From positions 1-47,945 of the IMG/VR virus record IMGVR_UViG_3300015370_000021: 47,945 nt of DNA; one strand, written 5' to 3'. This DNA comes from a virus (Duplodnaviria; Caudoviricetes). Under the pieces are notes generated by a model, which did no database searches, was not told where the DNA came from, and saw only the letters and a list, made by a program, of their open reading frames with translations. The position numbers and the translations under genes are program-made. Shown in pieces: positions 44,903 through 47,945 of the stretch. Positions within the stretch are counted from its first letter, which is position 1; each line of letters opens with the position of its first letter.

Positions 44903-46883
44903 ACAAACCCTCCACTTCTGCTTTCTTCGGCACTTTCGACCACACCTGCACGCTGAGCAGCGTAGCTGGGGCGGTGTCGCTGAAGGCAAGGGGGATGGAG
45001 ATTGGGAAGTATTCTTCCGTTGCGTATGCGGTGATTGCGGGCTCGTTTGTCGCAAACGTGCGGATAAACAGCGAATCAACGTACGCAGTATCATTTAACT
45101 CTTTGATAATCCTCGCACGAACCACACCATCTATCTGACCAGAAAGCGTTGCAATTGGCGATCCGTCGATTTCTAACGATCCGCTTGTACCACTACCGTA
45201 CAACCTGAATGAGTGCCACCCAGTTGACCGAGCAACGCCCGTGCTAGTCAGTGGTACGCCGTTGCCGAGGTACACATAGTTTGATGCGTTATCTTGTGTC
45301 GATATGCCCAGATGCAGACCAGCCGTGGCAGACCCGATATGAAACAAGAACTTTAGCGAAGTACCGCCTCCGTCATAAAAACGCCCGCGGTAATCGTATC
45401 GCGTGAGTGAAGACAAATCTTTGTACGCTTGACCATAATGTGTCATGCGGACGGACTTCTCGCCCTGCGCAACCTGATCAGTTGATGGGTCAAACCGAAA
45501 CCAGTTGGTTACCTGATGACGCATAAGCAGCGCTGACATTCCAGACATGCCCCCGGCTTCTGCTTGCAAAACAACATTGTCCCAATCCGCTTCCGTATAC
45601 CCTATGCCCCAGATGTTTGAACTGTTCCGGGCGCTATACCACACGCGGAGCTTACCACTCGTTGAGTCATACAGAAAATCAGGGCGATACAATGACGAGT
45701 TGTCCCACCCAATTGCAGACGGCTGCACCACTGGTACAGGGTAATAGTTAAAAGCTGTTGGGCTACTGGACGTGCCCATCATTATCGGCGTAGACGACGT
45801 GCCGCTTCCCATGTGTGCGAGGCAAACATACAGGCTTTTTTCGGCTATATATCGGACCTTTGGATGCCACGCCTGGAAAGTGACTAGCGAGTTTCCGGCG
45901 CGATCTTTTGCCAAAACATTTGACAGCGTGGACCACGTCTTGCCATCGCTCGATGTTCTATATTTCAGATCCTTGTCACCAGCATGGACTGCCCAATACT
46001 TCCAACTAGACGCACCGTCCTTGATGATCGAAAACGAAACCTCTTCGGACGGAAAAGTAATACACATCGTGCCGTATGTCGTGGCAGCGCCGTCAAGATC
46101 CGTCCACGCTATACCGTCAGAGCTTTTTAAGCCTGCCAGATAAACACTAGTACCGTCATTGTACTTGTAGTACATCCAAATTTCATCTGTCGAGTCCTTG
46201 TAGACGAGCTCGATGTCTGCGTTGTAACCGCTTACGGGCGTCGGGACAATTGGATTTGCCAGACCTGTAGGGACAGACCAGTTTACCCCGTCAGACGATA
46301 CGACGATTGACGGGTTTTCATATTGGCTCTGATTGGCAGGGTACGGTGTAAAACCCATCCAGTACCTATAGCCGTTCCAACCCGTAGCCCCAAAATCAAG
46401 TATGGACGGGTGTATCGCCTGATTCGCGGATGAGCCACCGTCGTCGTAACACGGGATTTCGAGTTTGGACGATGCGTTTGCAAATGCAGGCTTCCACAGG
46501 TCGGGGTCTTCGCCGTCCACACCAAGGATAAAGGTTCCTTTCGCGCTGGACGCGTTTGCAGCAGTTGCGTTGCCATAATACACATACACGTCGAGAGTCG
46601 CCGGGGATGCGTCAATGCTCGGTATCTTGATCCAATAAACTGCGTTGTCGCTGTCCGTCTTGGACTCACGCCAATGGTTTAAAAGCGTTGTCCCGTCCGC
46701 AGCCGTGAATCTGATATCATCAAAATCCGTGGCGCAATGCTCGGAACAATACACGTTGCTGCCGCTGTCCGTTCCAGATCCGAAATGCACGGTTATCGGG
46801 ATCGTGTAATCAGTCTGCGCCCCATCAGTGGACCCAGTGACCGTTATCTTTTTGCGGTAGAGCCAACCTTCAAGATTCGCCAT
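44892..46883 (-). CDS. DUF2341-domain protein with glycosidase-like beta-propeller and LamG-like C-terminus
   Basis: W.YRK.IT...DF.DIRFT..DG.T.L.HW.E...YVYYGN (DUF2341); HPS...YWMG.TPYP...ENP.I..S.DG..W Asp-box repeats. Confidence 0.8.
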   Translation of the reverse strand: MANLEGWLYRKKITVTGSTDGAQTDYTIPITVHFGSGTDSGSNVYCSEHCATDFDDIRFTAADGTTLLNHWRESKTDSDNAVYWIKIPSIDASPATLDVYVYYGNATAANASSAKGTFILGVDGEDPDLWKPAFANASSKLEIPCYDDGGSSANQAIHPSILDFGATGWNGYRYWMGFTPYPANQSQYENPSIVVSSDGVNWSVPTGLANPIVPTPVSGYNADIELVYKDSTDEIWMYYKYNDGTSVYLAGLKSSDGIAWTDLDGAATTYGTMCITFPSEEVSFSIIKDGASSWKYWAVHAGDKDLKYRTSSDGKTWSTLSNVLAKDRAGNSLVTFQAWHPKVRYIAEKSLYVCLAHMGSGTSSTPIMMGTSSSPTAFNYYPVPVVQPSAIGWDNSSLYRPDFLYDSTSGKLRVWYSARNSSNIWGIGYTEADWDNVVLQAEAGGMSGMSALLMRHQVTNWFRFDPSTDQVAQGEKSVRMTHYGQAYKDLSSLTRYDYRGRFYDGGGTSLKFLFHIGSATAGLHLGISTQDNASNYVYLGNGVPLTSTGVARSTGWHSFRLYGSGTSGSLEIDGSPIATLSGQIDGVVRARIIKELNDTAYVDSLFIRTFATNEPAITAYATEEYFPISIPLAFSDTAPATLLSVQVWSKVPKKAEVEGLYGA

Positions 46884-47344
46884 TACTCCAACCCTCCCAC
46901 AAGCTGCACAGTCACGCCGATAGGCGTCATCTCAACCACTGCCGCGATCTCGTCACCGATGGCCCATGTGTGGGCGAGCGCGCCTTCCTGTCCGCCCAGC
47001 TTGCCGACGAGGTAGCTGTTGCGTAGGTAGAGAGGCCCGAAGACTTGTTCGTCACCAGTGATGCCATTGCTGGCCTTGGTCGCCTTGAACCGCACCACGC
47101 ACACCTTCCTCGTCGCACGGTTGACCGAGCCCATGTCAGGACCATTCCCAGCCGCTACGCCGTCAGCGGTGATTGTGGGCGTAGGAGTCCATGTGATGGA
47201 GCCGAGAGCGGCCTTAAGGCCGTCTGTTGAGCGGTAGAGTTTGAGGAGGCCGGAAGGCCAGGAACCGCCAGCGCGCCACGCGACAGGATCAAGTGCACCA
47301 ACGAGCGGAGAGATGGCAGGATTCACGAGAACCGGGTGGATCAT
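46883..47344 (-). CDS. Hypothetical protein
   Basis: 153-aa ORF coupled to its neighbours. Confidence 0.7.
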   Translation of the reverse strand: MIHPVLVNPAISPLVGALDPVAWRAGGSWPSGLLKLYRSTDGLKAALGSITWTPTPTITADGVAAGNGPDMGSVNRATRKVCVVRFKATKASNGITGDEQVFGPLYLRNSYLVGKLGGQEGALAHTWAIGDEIAAVVEMTPIGVTVQLVGGLE

Positions 47345-47634
47345 CGCCTTTCCTCGGCTCTGTGGCAGTAAGTGTAAGCGGCGTCGAGACCCGTGGGGAC
47401 CAGCTTGCTGGTCTCTACCTCGGCCTCAATGACGAATGGAACGCGCTCTGTGTCTGTGAAATATATCGTACCTACCGCCCGCTCGCCTGCTCCGAAGTCG
47501 ATGGTCACTGAGAGGCTGCCCGCTGTAGGACCCATGACGTCGATCTGGTGCCTTGAGCACCGGATGGGATCGACCAGAGCGATGGTAGTAGTTGTGCCCG
47601 CTGCGATGGCGGCGCCTTCTTTCCAAATGGCCAT
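47341..47634 (-). CDS. Hypothetical beta-rich protein
   Basis: GGAGGA SD then MAIWKEG. Confidence 0.75.
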   Translation of the reverse strand: MAIWKEGAAIAAGTTTTIALVDPIRCSRHQIDVMGPTAGSLSVTIDFGAGERAVGTIYFTDTERVPFVIEAEVETSKLVPTGLDAAYTYCHRAEERR

Positions 47635-47659
47635 GCTGTATTCCTCCGGAGAAAATGAA

Positions 47660-47682
47660 AAAGCCCACTTTTGGTGGGCTTG
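47660..47682. promoter_or_regulatory. Inverted repeat in the intergenic region ahead of the late genes
   Basis: AAGCCCAC-TTTTG-GTGGGCTT. Confidence 0.5.
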
Positions 47683-47774
47683 TAGCACATAGAATCAGAG
47701 TCTTGCAACCTTTAGGGAGTAGAGTTTATGAGTAAACCTCTCTGTACTCTAGGGTTTTCCCCAGTTAAAAACTT

Positions 47775-47945
47775 TCAAATATTCTCCATCAGGCTGCGCA
47801 CACGGTTGATCCATCCATCCAAATACTTCCGCGCCACCTTACCCTGCTTGCCACGCCGACCATAATCAGCGAGCCGCAGCGCGCAGACCGTGAAGGCCAG
47901 TGCGGAGGCATCCACAGTCTTCACGGCTGCGCGGGTCCTGGGGCC
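47775..47945 (-). CDS. GH108 endolysin, 3' part
   Basis: ...KQGKVARKYLDGWINRVRSLMENI*, with the GWxNR motif typical of the GH108 C-terminus; in frame with 492..1. Confidence 0.9.
   Translation of the reverse strand, partial: GPRTRAAVKTVDASALAFTVCALRLADYGRRGKQGKVARKYLDGWINRVRSLMENI
47823..47945. repeat. Terminal direct repeat / circular assembly overlap (copy 2)
   Basis: Identical to 1-123. Confidence 0.95.

Overview
This window is an essentially complete tailed dsDNA phage genome of about 47.8 kb. Positions 1-123 are repeated exactly at 47823-47945, so the contig closes into a 47,822-bp circle. It has podovirus-type architecture and a head/tail module resembling Bordetella phage BPP-1 and T7: TerS, TerL, portal, scaffold, major capsid, Bbp16-like cement, tail tubular A/B, internal virion proteins, tailspike. 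Transcription diverges from a control region at about 6050-6490. The rightward arm carries small early genes, an SNF2 helicase, a Cas4-like DUF2800 exonuclease, a DUF2815 SSB, HU, a family A DNA polymerase and a ThyX-like gene, and ends at a bidirectional terminator near 18280. The leftward arm carries an HTH regulator, a C5 DNA methyltransferase, a prim-pol/SF3 helicase, a putative origin, a resolvase, a MazG-like gene, a GH108 endolysin spanning the circular junction, a DUF2341 protein, holin/spanins and all virion genes. I saw no integrase, reverse transcriptase, tRNA or CRISPR array. Four observations stand out. (1) A 3272-aa polyvalent virion protein carries cassette-like effector domains, and its linkers hide two same-strand out-of-frame small genes with their own Shine-Dalgarno sites and embedded sigma70-like promoters. 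(2) The methyltransferase appears to be two polypeptides, with a motif-IX subunit overprinted inside the main gene. (3) The 5' end of the exonuclease gene is duplicated and synonymously recoded. (4) A highly structured non-coding leader precedes the early operon. All family calls come from motif recognition by eye; no database searches were run.
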